From: Bacteroidales bacterium
Lineage (GTDB): Bacteria; Bacteroidota; Bacteroidia; Bacteroidales; PXBB01
Length of the DNA stretch: 64,000 nt
Direction: 5' to 3'
NCBI GenBank assembly: GCA_003565735.1
Contig: PXBB01000015.1
Coordinates: forward strand, 2,175-66,174
Below are positions 1 to 9,738 of the stretch, piece after piece. Position 1 is the first letter of the stretch, and each line of letters opens with the position of its first letter. The position numbers and the translations under genes are program-made. The notes under the pieces were generated by a model. That model had not been told where the DNA came from. It searched no databases and worked only from the letters and a program-made list of their open reading frames with translations.

Positions 1-944
1 ATGGTTTTAGCACCCTCTTCGGTATAGCCTCCCCAGATGCCATTCAAATCAAATGAAGGGCGAATGCCTAAGCGCTCGAGCGTAGAAAAGCCTTTTTCAC
101 CATCAACAGCTTTTACATTGAGATCCTTTTTGAATGCTTCAAGATTAAATGGTGCCTTTGCCATTTCAGCTCTCTCTTCATCGCTTACAAGCAGTACATC
201 ATCGTAGAAACCGGGGATGGTTACTTTGTTGTTCTCATCTGTCAGTTGTGTAATCATGTTACACAAAACATTGAGCGGATTAGCAACAGCGCCTCCAAAA
301 ACACCTGAGTGCAGGTCTCTGTTGGGTCCCTGAACTTTAACTTCCACGTATGCAAGCCCTCTCAACCCCACATCTATAGATGGCTGATCATTAGCAATCA
401 TAGCCGTATCCGACACCAGTATAACATCTCCTTTAAGCCTTTCCTTATTATCTTCTACAAATTTGTACAAGCTGGGCGAGCCAATTTCTTCTTCACCTTC
501 AATCATAAACTTTACATTACAGGGCAGTTCATTATTTTTCAACATGTACTCGAAAGCCTTGACATGCATAAACAATTGTCCTTTATCGTCATTGGCACCA
601 CGTGCATAGATTTTATCATTCTTGATAACAGGCTCGTAAGGCGGTGAATTCCATAATGACAAATCGCCCGCAGGCTGTACGTCATAATGACCATATACAA
701 TAACAGTTGGTAATGACGTGTCAATAATTTTCTCACCCAATACCACGGGATGACCTTCAGTTTCACATATCTCAGCCTTATCGACACCGGCTTTTAACAA
801 GTGCGTTTTGATTAGTTCTGCCATCTGCCTCATCTCATTGTCGTGCTTCTTACTACCGCTTACAGATGGTATTCGCAGCATCTCAAACAACTCTTCTAAA
901 AATTTTTCTTTGTTTTCTTCAATGTAGTTCTTTAGATTGTTCAT
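1..944 (-). CDS. M20 family (ArgE/DapE/ACY1/CPG2/YscS-type) dipeptidase, N-terminal ~314 aa. The C-terminus runs off the left window edge.
   Basis: Absent from the ORF track because the frame is open to position 1. Manual reverse-strand translation from the ATG at 944-942 gives MNNLKNYIEENKEKFLEELFEMLRIPSVSG...VIVYGHYDVQPAGDLSLWNSPPYEPVIKNDKIYARGANDDKGQLFMHVKAFE...KFMIEGEEEIGSPSL...GPNRDLHSGVFGGAVANP with no stops. HYDVQP, RGxxDDKGQ and EGEEExGS are the M20 metal-ligand blocks. Confidence 0.85.
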   Translation of the reverse strand, partial: MNNLKNYIEENKEKFLEELFEMLRIPSVSGSKKHDNEMRQMAELIKTHLLKAGVDKAEICETEGHPVVLGEKIIDTSLPTVIVYGHYDVQPAGDLSLWNSPPYEPVIKNDKIYARGANDDKGQLFMHVKAFEYMLKNNELPCNVKFMIEGEEEIGSPSLYKFVEDNKERLKGDVILVSDTAMIANDQPSIDVGLRGLAYVEVKVQGPNRDLHSGVFGGAVANPLNVLCNMITQLTDENNKVTIPGFYDDVLLVSDEERAEMAKAPFNLEAFKKDLNVKAVDGEKGFSTLERLGIRPSFDLNGIWGGYTEEGAKT

Positions 945-1169
945 ATGTTTTTGTTTTTATTAAAAAAATTTTAGTAAAAATATAAAAAAATAGCATACCA
1001 ATGAAAAATATGATGTAAATTTGCTTTATTGTTTGGGCTTTTTTTCTGTGCTTTAAGGCAACTTTTTTAATAAGCTTGCGTCATATATAATGAGAAGTAC
1101 GATTAAACCGGCACAGATATGGAGCGGAAAGCTACCGAAATTTGTTATAAGATATTAAAAAGTTTTTAT

Positions 1170-3512
1170 ATGTTTCTTTTAAAGCGTTTATTGTGGCATC
1201 ATTTAGTATTGGCTTTGTTGTTGTTGCTGCTGTGCCACAATAAAACACAGGCCCAATTGATAATCACCCCTAATTCAACGGCACAGCAGTTAGTTGACAC
1301 CCTGGCAGGTGGTGGTGTGACAGTTTTAAACCCTACATTTGGTGGTGCTGCTAACTCCAGAGGCGTTTTTACAACAGGGCCAAATCCGACCAACTTAGGC
1401 ATCAGCTCAGGAATTATTATGTCGTCAGGAAATGTTATTGATGCTGTTGGACCTAACAACATGATGGGTACATCAACTGCTTTCGACAATAACCCCGTTA
1501 CAGCACAACACCCACATCTGGCAGCTTTGGTACAAGGCATTCCTTTGTATGATGTGTGTTATTTAGAATTTGATTTTATTCCCGAATCTGACACTGTTGA
1601 ATTCAGATATGTTTTTGCTTCTGAAGAGTACCCTACTTTTGTTGGCACCAGCTATAATGACGTTTTTGCTTTTTTTATTACGGGCCCCAATCCTGCCGGT
1701 GGCAATTATGACCATGAAAACATTGCGCTTGTTCCCGGCACCAACTTATTTGTTGCTATAAATAATGTGAATGCAGGATTTAATTCTCAGTATTATGTTA
1801 ACAATCATGCCGTTGGGCAAGGCACTGTCGAATACAATGGTTTTACGACAGTTTTGACCGCCAGGGCTTATGTTATACCCTGCGAAACATATACTTTAAG
1901 ACTCACTATTGGCGATGCCGGTGATGCTATTTATGATTCTGCCGTATTTTTGGAAGCTCAAAGTTTTGCCTCTACAAATATTTCAATGGATACAGAGTAC
2001 ACTTATTTACCTGTTGATAGTGCTGCTATTAGAGGCTGCAGTGATGCCATTGTCACTTTTACCATCTCTGATAATGTAAGTACTGATCTCACAATTCCTT
2101 TTTTAATAGGTGGCTCGGCTGTGATGGGTGTCGATTATCAGCCCATACCCGATTCTGTAGTCATTCCTGCCGGACAGAATTCAGCAACTGTTGTTATAGA
2201 ACCTATTTACACAGGTCAACCCGACCCTATTGTGGATGTCATTTTATATGCTCAAACCTCTGTTTGTTCTCCTGAACTAGACAGTTTGCAAGTGCTTATT
2301 TTGCCTAATGAAGATTTGCACACCGAAGCCATGCTCAATGATACTACTATTATATGCAATGATGATGTGGAGCTTTGGATAGAAGTGGCAGGAGGTGTAC
2401 CCCCCTACACTTATGAGTGGGATAATGGCGTGGGAGTAGGCAATTATGTGTCTGTGAATCCTATAACTCAAACAGTTTATACCGTGACCGTTACAGATGA
2501 TTGTGGACAGGTACATACAGACCAAGTTACCGTAAATGTGATTATGGACTACGGAAGTGTACCCAATGACACCCTGATTTGTGCAGGTGATGTAATAAGC
2601 CTTACTGCTGAGGGTGGCATAAGTTACTTATGGAGTACTGGCGACACTACTGAAACGATAACTGTACAACCTACCCAAACAACAACCTATTCAGTTACCA
2701 TATATGATGGTTGTGAAATGGTGGAAAGTGTCGTAGTAGAGGTACAACCCTTGCCGGTGGTAACAATAACGCCTGATAGTGAAACCATTTGTGAAGGTAA
2801 AGAGGTTAATTTCATTGTTAACGACGGCGTGACCTATTTGTGGTCTTCCAGCCCTATAGATGCATCGTTAACTAATCAAATTAATCAACAATCAATATAT
2901 GTAACGCCACAGGAAACAACAACATATACTGTAGAACTTACCGATTCGTTGGGCTGTGTTGGTATAGGAACAGCAACAATAAACATAAGTCCAAGTCCGG
3001 TTGCTGATTTTATAGCAGACCCGGAGGCTGCAAATATTCTGGACCCCACTATCAACTTCATTGATAATTCTATAGGAGCTGTTTTTTGGGAATGGTTATT
3101 AGGAGATGGCAGTACCTACAGTGTACCAAACTTTCAGCATGTTTTTTCTGACACCGGCAGATATTCAGTAAATTTGTGGATTGAAAATGACTTTGGATGC
3201 AGGGATTCAATAACCGGATTTGTTACAATACACCCTAACTACATAATATACGTGCCTTCTGCATTTACCCCTGATGGTGATTACATTAATGATGTTTTTT
3301 ATGCCTATGGCAAAGGTGTTATTGAGTTTGAGATGCTCATCTTTGACAGATGGGGAAAGAACATTTTTACATCTAATGATATCAATAAAGGATGGGATGG
3401 CCGTGTGGAGAATAAAGATGCCCCGAAAGGTGTTTACGGCTATGTTATAGAATACGTGGACGTAATGGGTAATAGGCATTTGAAAAGAGGCACAGTAACT
3501 TTGATACGTTAA
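1170..3512 (+). CDS. Large secreted adhesin-like protein: choice-of-anchor-L-like N-domain, Calx-beta-like domain, three Cys-containing Ig-like repeats, a PKD domain and a T9SS type B (gliding-motility-associated) C-terminal domain
   Basis: ORF 1119..3512. I prefer the internal ATG at 1170, which starts a signal peptide (MFLLKRLLWHHLVLALLLLLLCHNKTQAQ). There are three ~65-aa repeats of the type CxGDxVxLTAxGGxxYxWSTGxTT..TTTYxVTxxDxxGC. The C-terminus IYVPSAFTPDGDYINDVFYAYG...FDRWGKNIFTS...GWDGR...KGVYGYVIEYVD..G matches the type B sorting domain. Confidence 0.8.
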   Translation: MFLLKRLLWHHLVLALLLLLLCHNKTQAQLIITPNSTAQQLVDTLAGGGVTVLNPTFGGAANSRGVFTTGPNPTNLGISSGIIMSSGNVIDAVGPNNMMGTSTAFDNNPVTAQHPHLAALVQGIPLYDVCYLEFDFIPESDTVEFRYVFASEEYPTFVGTSYNDVFAFFITGPNPAGGNYDHENIALVPGTNLFVAINNVNAGFNSQYYVNNHAVGQGTVEYNGFTTVLTARAYVIPCETYTLRLTIGDAGDAIYDSAVFLEAQSFASTNISMDTEYTYLPVDSAAIRGCSDAIVTFTISDNVSTDLTIPFLIGGSAVMGVDYQPIPDSVVIPAGQNSATVVIEPIYTGQPDPIVDVILYAQTSVCSPELDSLQVLILPNEDLHTEAMLNDTTIICNDDVELWIEVAGGVPPYTYEWDNGVGVGNYVSVNPITQTVYTVTVTDDCGQVHTDQVTVNVIMDYGSVPNDTLICAGDVISLTAEGGISYLWSTGDTTETITVQPTQTTTYSVTIYDGCEMVESVVVEVQPLPVVTITPDSETICEGKEVNFIVNDGVTYLWSSSPIDASLTNQINQQSIYVTPQETTTYTVELTDSLGCVGIGTATINISPSPVADFIADPEAANILDPTINFIDNSIGAVFWEWLLGDGSTYSVPNFQHVFSDTGRYSVNLWIENDFGCRDSITGFVTIHPNYIIYVPSAFTPDGDYINDVFYAYGKGVIEFEMLIFDRWGKNIFTSNDINKGWDGRVENKDAPKGVYGYVIEYVDVMGNRHLKRGTVTLIR

Positions 3513-3517
3513 CTTTT

Positions 3518-5908
3518 TTATTCATCAAAGCCATCGAAATCAAACATTTCTGTATCTTCTGCTTTATCTCTGATGCCGAAATTGTATCTGATATTGATTC
3601 CAAAGCGTCTGTTATCGGTGTATCTGCTGCCAGTAGTTTCTATGCTTCCCTGACTTAATTCAAACTCTGTTCCCATTGTTCTCAGAATATCTCTTGCACT
3701 CAATGTAATGGTCAATCTTTTATTGAGAAAAGTTTGATTTAAGCCAATGTTCAACAAACCAAAAGTATTGAGGTTGTAAAAGTTGTATTGGCCATTTTGC
3801 ATCATGAAGCCTGTCAGTGTAAGTCTGGTGTTTTCACCTATGTTGAGGGCATGGTAAGTAAAAAAACGCCAACTGCCTCTTTCATATTTCAGCGGTTCAT
3901 TTTCATAGAAACCATCATAAGCATTCAGGTTGTACTGAGCGCCAAGGGCAAAAAAATATGTCCCACCAGGTGGAATACCGACAATGCCCCTGAAGTACGT
4001 TTCTTTGTTAGTGCCAACGTTATCATACGTTTGCACAGCGATGTTTTCATTAACCTCATCCTGATACACAACATTAGAAAAAACATCTCTGGTGTAATTT
4101 TGTCCAATAGCGAAAAGAGGCATATGGTTAAAACTGATGTTAGCCTCGTAATTTTCTGTAAACTGTGGTTGTAAAGCAGGATTGCCCATTTCGTATAGAA
4201 ATTCATCAATGAATCTTATGTAAGGGTTAAGACTTTGGTAGCCGGGGCGGGAAATGGTTTTGCGGTAAATAAGGTAGCCATCCAACTCAATGCCCATGAT
4301 ATCGATAATTTTTCGGCTAAGGAAAACATAGGGAAACCAATCTATACGATCGATGACAAAGCTTGTGTCAGAGGGCACCGTTTGCTGACCTTTCATATAA
4401 GTATGCTCCATGCGGAGGCCTGCTTTCACATGAAAACCTGCAAATATATCACGTGAAGCTTGTAAGTATGCTGCACTGAGACGCTCGTCGTAGTTAAAAG
4501 CATTGGTACGCCTATTGTCCAAAACTGTGCCCTTAGGTTTATGTATATAATAATCGGACCGGCTGCTGTAATCTTGAACTGAAATTTTAAAACCCGCTTC
4601 AAGATTAAGTTTCCAGGGTAAGCGGTAGCTCAAATCTGATTGCAGAACATAAAAATGACGCTTTTGCAAATTATCCCCATCGCCTGACATAATGGTATCG
4701 AAAGGTTTGCGGTAATCATACTTATAATCTTGCAAACCATTATTGTTGTTGTAATTGTAGGAAAAACGCGTCAACAAATTTGAACCATTAGTATCCAAGC
4801 TTACCCTTAACCCGATATCCTGCTGTAAGTTGACAAAATCGGAGGTACTGGATAGCTCGTTAAAACTTTCCATGAGAATGACCTCTTCAGCTGTTTTTAT
4901 GGTATTATGGTTTTCTGTGTTTGATGCTCTTTTACTAATATTAATCCTGCCATCGTAACTGATGTTAAAATTTTCACTCACATCATAATTGATTCCATAA
5001 CCAACAAAGCCCTGATGGCTTCCATGCTCTGTTACCGGCGCCTGATACATAGATGTGTCAGTGCGCATGGAGCGTGCAATATTGAGTTCTTCTGTGCGTC
5101 CATTAAAACTATAGTTGGCATTGATGTATGAGGTACTGTTTTCGCCGCTGTTGTTCAGGCTGAAACCTGCGAATCTGTTTCCGGATATGCCTTGATTCAT
5201 TCCGGCATTTACAGACCCAAAGCGGCCAATACGCACACCTTTTTTTAGAACGATATTGATAATACCACCTGTACTGGCTGCATCATATTTAGCAGAGGGT
5301 GTGCGTAAGACCTCTATTCTTTGAACGCTTCCCGGTGGCAGGCTGCGCAATATGGTGCCTATATCCTGATTGCTCATCTTTTGCTCTCTGCCATTGATAT
5401 ACACCGTGGCCGGTGTTGCACTGGTTAGGTATATACCACCGTCCTGGTCAACAAATAAACCGGGTGTGCTTTCAAGAATTTCCAATGTATTTGTACTGAT
5501 AGCAGCCATAGGCTCAGGGTCGATAATCATTTTATCGCCCTCTTGTGTTATCAGGGGGCGTCTGCCACTAATGGTAACAGCACCCAGAGAGATGGCACTT
5601 TCCTTAAGCGTATATTCCAAAAAACGATGGCCCTCGCGCACATTGATGGTTTTTTCAATTGTCTCAAAACCAATAAAACGAACTGTAATATCGTAAAGTC
5701 CGTCAGAAATATTTTCAAAACGGGCTATGCCATTCCTGTCGGTAACATTAAATACCGCATCTTTTTTTTCAACATTTTTTAGCTCGATAGTGGTACCCAC
5801 AAGAGGCAAACCATCAGTATCTTTAACAAATACCGTCACGTTTTGAGCCATACTCCATTCATACGCAATAATAAAGAAGATGAGCGCTAAAAAACGAAAT
5901 ATTCCCAT
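3518..5908 (-). CDS. TonB-dependent-receptor-like outer-membrane beta-barrel family protein (CarboxypepD_reg N-domain, plug-like region, large barrel)
   Basis: ORF 3518..5932. The start is moved to the ATG at 5908 (MGIFRFLALIFFIIAYEWSMAQ signal peptide), which removes the overlap with folE. NVTVFVKDTDGLPLVGTTIELKN...GLYDITVRFIGFE is a carboxypeptidase-regulatory-like fold. Alternating beta-strand pattern; ends ...NIRYNFG plus an acidic tail. Paralog of 57036..59546. Confidence 0.75.
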   Translation of the reverse strand: MGIFRFLALIFFIIAYEWSMAQNVTVFVKDTDGLPLVGTTIELKNVEKKDAVFNVTDRNGIARFENISDGLYDITVRFIGFETIEKTINVREGHRFLEYTLKESAISLGAVTISGRRPLITQEGDKMIIDPEPMAAISTNTLEILESTPGLFVDQDGGIYLTSATPATVYINGREQKMSNQDIGTILRSLPPGSVQRIEVLRTPSAKYDAASTGGIINIVLKKGVRIGRFGSVNAGMNQGISGNRFAGFSLNNSGENSTSYINANYSFNGRTEELNIARSMRTDTSMYQAPVTEHGSHQGFVGYGINYDVSENFNISYDGRINISKRASNTENHNTIKTAEEVILMESFNELSSTSDFVNLQQDIGLRVSLDTNGSNLLTRFSYNYNNNNGLQDYKYDYRKPFDTIMSGDGDNLQKRHFYVLQSDLSYRLPWKLNLEAGFKISVQDYSSRSDYYIHKPKGTVLDNRRTNAFNYDERLSAAYLQASRDIFAGFHVKAGLRMEHTYMKGQQTVPSDTSFVIDRIDWFPYVFLSRKIIDIMGIELDGYLIYRKTISRPGYQSLNPYIRFIDEFLYEMGNPALQPQFTENYEANISFNHMPLFAIGQNYTRDVFSNVVYQDEVNENIAVQTYDNVGTNKETYFRGIVGIPPGGTYFFALGAQYNLNAYDGFYENEPLKYERGSWRFFTYHALNIGENTRLTLTGFMMQNGQYNFYNLNTFGLLNIGLNQTFLNKRLTITLSARDILRTMGTEFELSQGSIETTGSRYTDNRRFGINIRYNFGIRDKAEDTEMFDFDGFDE

Positions 5909-5912
5909 AGAT

Positions 5913-6551
5913 TTAGTGTAGCTTAATGCCAATAAGGTGCATAAACTCCGCCCTTGTTTTTTCAGTTAAAAAAGCGCCTGTAAAATCGGATGTTGTGCTG
6001 ACCGAGTTTTGCTTTTGTATGCCCCGCATTTGCATACACAGATGGTGGGCTTCAATGACAACAGCAACGCCCAGTGGGTTAAGTGTATCCTGAATGCAAT
6101 TTTTTATTTGCGTGGTTAGCCTTTCCTGAACTTGCAGTCTGCGTGCATAAGCATCTACAACCCTTGGCAATTTGCTTAAACCCACTATGTAGCCGTTAGG
6201 AATATACGCTACATGCGCCTTACCAATAAAAGGCAACATATGGTGTTCACAAAGAGAATATATTTCAATATCTTTTACTAAAACCATTTGTCTGTAATCT
6301 TCTTTAAAGCGCGCAGACATTAGTATATCTTCGGGGTTCAAATCATAACCATGTGTTAGAAACTGAAGTGCCTTTGCAACCCGTTCAGGTGTTTTTAACA
6401 AACCCTCGCGCTGCGGGTCCTCTCCTACTGCTACGATAACTTTTTTGTATGCCTCAGCTATGTCATTTATAAGATTTAGATTATAAACATCATGTTTTTC
6501 ATAACCATCCATGGTGTTTTCTTTTATCATTTCCTTGTTTATTTCATTCAT
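5913..6551 (-). CDS. folE: GTP cyclohydrolase I (FolE type I)
   Basis: [40 protein letters not shown] and [14 protein letters not shown] are the canonical FolE blocks, including the Zn-binding Cys/His. Confidence 0.95.
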   Translation of the reverse strand: MNEINKEMIKENTMDGYEKHDVYNLNLINDIAEAYKKVIVAVGEDPQREGLLKTPERVAKALQFLTHGYDLNPEDILMSARFKEDYRQMVLVKDIEIYSLCEHHMLPFIGKAHVAYIPNGYIVGLSKLPRVVDAYARRLQVQERLTTQIKNCIQDTLNPLGVAVVIEAHHLCMQMRGIQKQNSVSTTSDFTGAFLTEKTRAEFMHLIGIKLH

Positions 6552-6856
6552 TTTTTTTGCATTTATGAAATTTTTTATTAAAAATCTGGTTTTTATTTAA
6601 GTTTATGTTTTCGAAACAATCTCAGCGGGATATTATTTTATAACCATCAGCACAGTTTGCTATTTTTTTCAATTGACGCATCTTACCATTTTATTAAAAC
6701 TAAAAACCAAAAATAATTAATTCTTTTAAATGCCTAAAAATAATTAAAGGCAAAATTGTGATTTCTTTTTGAGATTTTGTGTTTTAATAAGTTCCGCAGG
6801 CTTTTAGAAATCAAAATTAATTTAAACCTTAACAACACTGTTTAGCAAAATATTCT

Positions 6857-6864
6857 TAATTTTG
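6857..6864 (+). promoter_or_regulatory. Candidate Bacteroidota -7 promoter box TAATTTTG (consensus TAnnTTTG) upstream of holB
   Basis: Exact match to TAnnTTTG, 29 nt upstream of the holB ATG at 6893, in an AT-rich 340-nt divergent intergenic region. Confidence 0.35.
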
Positions 6865-6892
6865 CTTTTGGAATTAATACCAACAAATACTT

Positions 6893-8026
6893 ATGCTTTT
6901 CAAAGATATTTTTGGGCACGAAAACATCAAAAGACGCCTTATAAAATCGGTGACCAATAACAGGGTGAGTCATGCTCAATTGTTTTTGGGTGCAGAAGGT
7001 TGTGGTAAATTTGCTTTAAGTATAGCCTATGCCCGTTATATTTGTTGCACTGATAAACAGGAGTTCGATGCTTGTGGGGTATGCAAATCCTGCCAAAAAT
7101 ATAATAAATTAGAACACCCCGATTTACACTTTTTTTTTCCTAATGCTGCTACCACAAAGGTTAAGAAACCATCCAGCAAATCTTTTTTAAATGATTGGCG
7201 TGCTTTTGTCAAAGAGAAGAAATTTTACATTTCTCTTTCTGATTGGTATAGCGAAATAAATATCGAAAACAAACAAGGCATCATAAATGCTGAAGATGCA
7301 CTCGACATTATTAAGGTAATCAACTTAAAATCATACGAGTCAGCTTATAAGATTATCATTATTTATATGGCTGAGAAGTTTTATCATGCTTCGGCACCAA
7401 AACTCCTTAAAGCCTTTGAAGAGCCTCCCGAAAGAACGGTTTTTTTGCTTATAGCAGAAAATCAAGATGCCATTCTTAAAACAATTCTCTCGCGTGTACA
7501 GTTGGTAAAAGTTCCTAAACATGCAGCAAATGACGTCTTAATGTTTTTAAAAGAGCATAAGTCATTAGAATCGCAGGATGCAGCCATTATTTCAAAAATT
7601 GTTGACGGCAACATCGTAGAAGCCATAAGAATGGCAGATAATACTAAAGATGTTATTTTTTATTTTGAGAATTTTGCCAACTGGATGCGCTTGTGTTACA
7701 CGAGAAACTTTTCCGATTTGATAGTCTGGATTGATGAGATGGCTAAGAAAACGGTAGGTCGTGAAAAGCTTAAAAAGTTTTTTACTTTCTCTTTACGTAT
7801 GGCCAGAAACAGCCTGCTCATAAACCTCAACAGCAGCTCCATTATGGCTGTACCTAATAATGAAGCTGGTTTTCTCGAAAAGTTTCACCCTTTTATTAAT
7901 GAACGTAATATCCTTACTATAAATGAAGAGTTTAATAAAGCCTTGTATCATGTCGAACGAAATATTAACCCAAAAATGCTTTTTATGGATTTATCTTTTA
8001 AAATGATGAAACTGTTGCGTTTATAA
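6893..8026 (+). CDS. holB: DNA polymerase III delta-prime subunit (clamp-loader AAA+ protein)
   Basis: RVSHAQLFLGAEGCGK P-loop-like region, Zn module CTDKQEFDACGVCKSCQK, EHPDLHFF, LLKAFEEPPERTVFLL, and SRVQ (SRC-type motif). Confidence 0.85.
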   Translation: MLFKDIFGHENIKRRLIKSVTNNRVSHAQLFLGAEGCGKFALSIAYARYICCTDKQEFDACGVCKSCQKYNKLEHPDLHFFFPNAATTKVKKPSSKSFLNDWRAFVKEKKFYISLSDWYSEINIENKQGIINAEDALDIIKVINLKSYESAYKIIIIYMAEKFYHASAPKLLKAFEEPPERTVFLLIAENQDAILKTILSRVQLVKVPKHAANDVLMFLKEHKSLESQDAAIISKIVDGNIVEAIRMADNTKDVIFYFENFANWMRLCYTRNFSDLIVWIDEMAKKTVGREKLKKFFTFSLRMARNSLLINLNSSSIMAVPNNEAGFLEKFHPFINERNILTINEEFNKALYHVERNINPKMLFMDLSFKMMKLLRL

Positions 8027-8164
8027 AAACTGGTGAGCGTAAAAAAAGAAAAAAACTAATTGGCATTATTAAACTGTATTTGTAATAGTAAGATAAATTG
8101 TAAAGATAGCATTGAAGCAATATAATAGAACTTTTATTGTTTAAAAATAAAAAAGTAATTAATC

Positions 8165-9271
8165 ATGGAACAAAATTTTTTTGAAAGCAGAGGCTGCAAA
8201 TATGTTCCCAAGTCATATACAAAAAATGAGGGTGTTTTTTCACAAAGCTATTGTAAAATGAGTTCACATGACTGGCTCGAAGGCTTACCAAAGCCTCCAT
8301 GTCATAAACAATATGCCATAGTAGAAGTACGCTTTAAGAATACCCGTTGCGACTTTTTTATTAAACCCGATGATTTGGAACTTGAAGTAGGAGAATTTGT
8401 AGCTGTTGAAGCATCTCCCGGGCACGATATAGGCATTGTAAATGCTGTTGATGATATTGTCAGAATTAAACTCAGAAAGAAAAAGTTTAAACCCAATCAT
8501 GAGTTTAAAAAATTGTACCGAAGAGCCAAAGCATCAGATATCGACAAATGGGTCATGGCTGTAGAGCAGGAAGAATCAACAAAAATCAAGTCGCGCAATA
8601 TTGCCGTGGATCTGAATTTAAAAATGAAAATCAGTGATGTGGAATTTCAGGGCGACAAAACAAAAGCCATTTTTTATTATACGGCTGATGAGCGGGTTGA
8701 TTTTCGCGAACTCATTAAATACCTTGCTGATGCATTTTCTGTCAGAATAGAGATGAAGCAAATAGGTGTCCGTCAGGAAGCCAGCAGGCTGGGCGGCATT
8801 GGTTCCTGCGGCAGAGAGTTGTGCTGCTCCACATGGCTGTCGAATTTTAAATCGGTATCAACAAACACAGCCCGCACACAACAATTGGCACTTAACCCCT
8901 TGAAAATGGCCGGCCAGTGCAGCAAGCTTAAGTGCTGCCTAAACTATGAAAATGACGTTTACATGGATGCTTTAAAAGAATTTCCTGATAAAAATTTAAA
9001 GCTTAAAACACGTAAAGGCGATGTGTTTTTTCAAAAGTATGACATCCTAAAAGGCTTGATTTGGTTTGTTTATGAAAATGAACCTGATAAGCCATTGCCT
9101 GTTACAATTGAAAGTGCTAAGAAAATTTTAGCTTTGAATAAAAAAAATATCATTCCTGAAGAAATTGAATCCTATATCCCCGAAAAGGATTTCAAGGCTA
9201 ATTTTTGGACTTTTGCTAATGAAGAAGATGATATAAGTCGTTTTGATAAAAAAAAGAAAAAAAGAAAATGA
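8165..9271 (+). CDS. PSP1 domain protein (YaaT/RicT-like)
   Basis: FYYTADERVDFRELIKYLADAFSVRIEMKQIGVRQEASRLGGIGSCGRELCCSTWLSNFKSVSTNTARTQQLALNPLKMAGQCSKLKCCLNYE is the PSP1 C-terminal domain with its Cys clusters. Confidence 0.9.
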   Translation: MEQNFFESRGCKYVPKSYTKNEGVFSQSYCKMSSHDWLEGLPKPPCHKQYAIVEVRFKNTRCDFFIKPDDLELEVGEFVAVEASPGHDIGIVNAVDDIVRIKLRKKKFKPNHEFKKLYRRAKASDIDKWVMAVEQEESTKIKSRNIAVDLNLKMKISDVEFQGDKTKAIFYYTADERVDFRELIKYLADAFSVRIEMKQIGVRQEASRLGGIGSCGRELCCSTWLSNFKSVSTNTARTQQLALNPLKMAGQCSKLKCCLNYENDVYMDALKEFPDKNLKLKTRKGDVFFQKYDILKGLIWFVYENEPDKPLPVTIESAKKILALNKKNIIPEEIESYIPEKDFKANFWTFANEEDDISRFDKKKKKRK

Positions 9272-9735
9272 TGATTCGTTTAGGAGTTTTGTGTTTTGTA
9301 GTTTTATTAGTATCCTGCGACCCTAATCGTGTCTATGAAAAAAACTACAGTTTTAAAGATGATACCTGGCACGTGTACGACACCAAAAAATTTAACTTTG
9401 AAATTAAGGATTCAACACAGTTGTATAATCTTTTTGTGAATATACGCAACACCACATCATACCGTTACAGCAATTTGTACATATTTATGAATACAACCTT
9501 TCCGGACAATCAAATGGCAAGAGATACCATCGAAATAATTGTAGCAGATCCTCAAGGACGCTGGCTGGGCAGAGGTTGGGGAAACTACAGGGTTTTAAAA
9601 GCCCCTTTAGGACTTAATCTGCAATTCGGGCTCACAGGTAAATACACTTTCGAATTTGAGCATGCTATGAGAACTCAAAAGCTGAAACATATCAGTGATA
9701 TTGGTATGAGAATTGAAAAAACTTCAAACGAATAA
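9268..9735 (+). CDS. gldH: Gliding-motility lipoprotein GldH
   Basis: 155-aa lipoprotein (LLVSC lipobox) with a size and sequence pattern typical of GldH (NLYIFMNTTFPD..., DPQGRWLGRGWG). It sits in the holB/PSP1/gldH/PBP1A arrangement recalled from other Bacteroidota. ATGA overlap with the PSP1 gene. Confidence 0.75.
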   Translation: MMIRLGVLCFVVLLVSCDPNRVYEKNYSFKDDTWHVYDTKKFNFEIKDSTQLYNLFVNIRNTTSYRYSNLYIFMNTTFPDNQMARDTIEIIVADPQGRWLGRGWGNYRVLKAPLGLNLQFGLTGKYTFEFEHAMRTQKLKHISDIGMRIEKTSNE

Positions 9736-9738
9736 AAA

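Noticed and set aside
309-787. Track ORFs 309..647 (+, 112 aa) and 539..787 (-, 82 aa).
   Set aside because: Both lie inside the open minus-strand frame that encodes a clear M20 peptidase running from 944 to the window edge. Their sequences are low-complexity and motif-free, so they are shadow ORFs.
5908-5932. An apparent 20-nt overlap between folE and the 804-aa track ORF.
   Set aside because: It is resolved by using the downstream ATG at 5908, which begins a proper signal peptide. The longer N-terminus (MALSYTKS) adds nothing recognisable.
6552-6892. A possible riboswitch or leader upstream of folE (THF) or of queD (preQ1, 35436-35520).
   Set aside because: I could not identify the conserved cores of either class. 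The regions are AT-rich with only short, weak hairpins.
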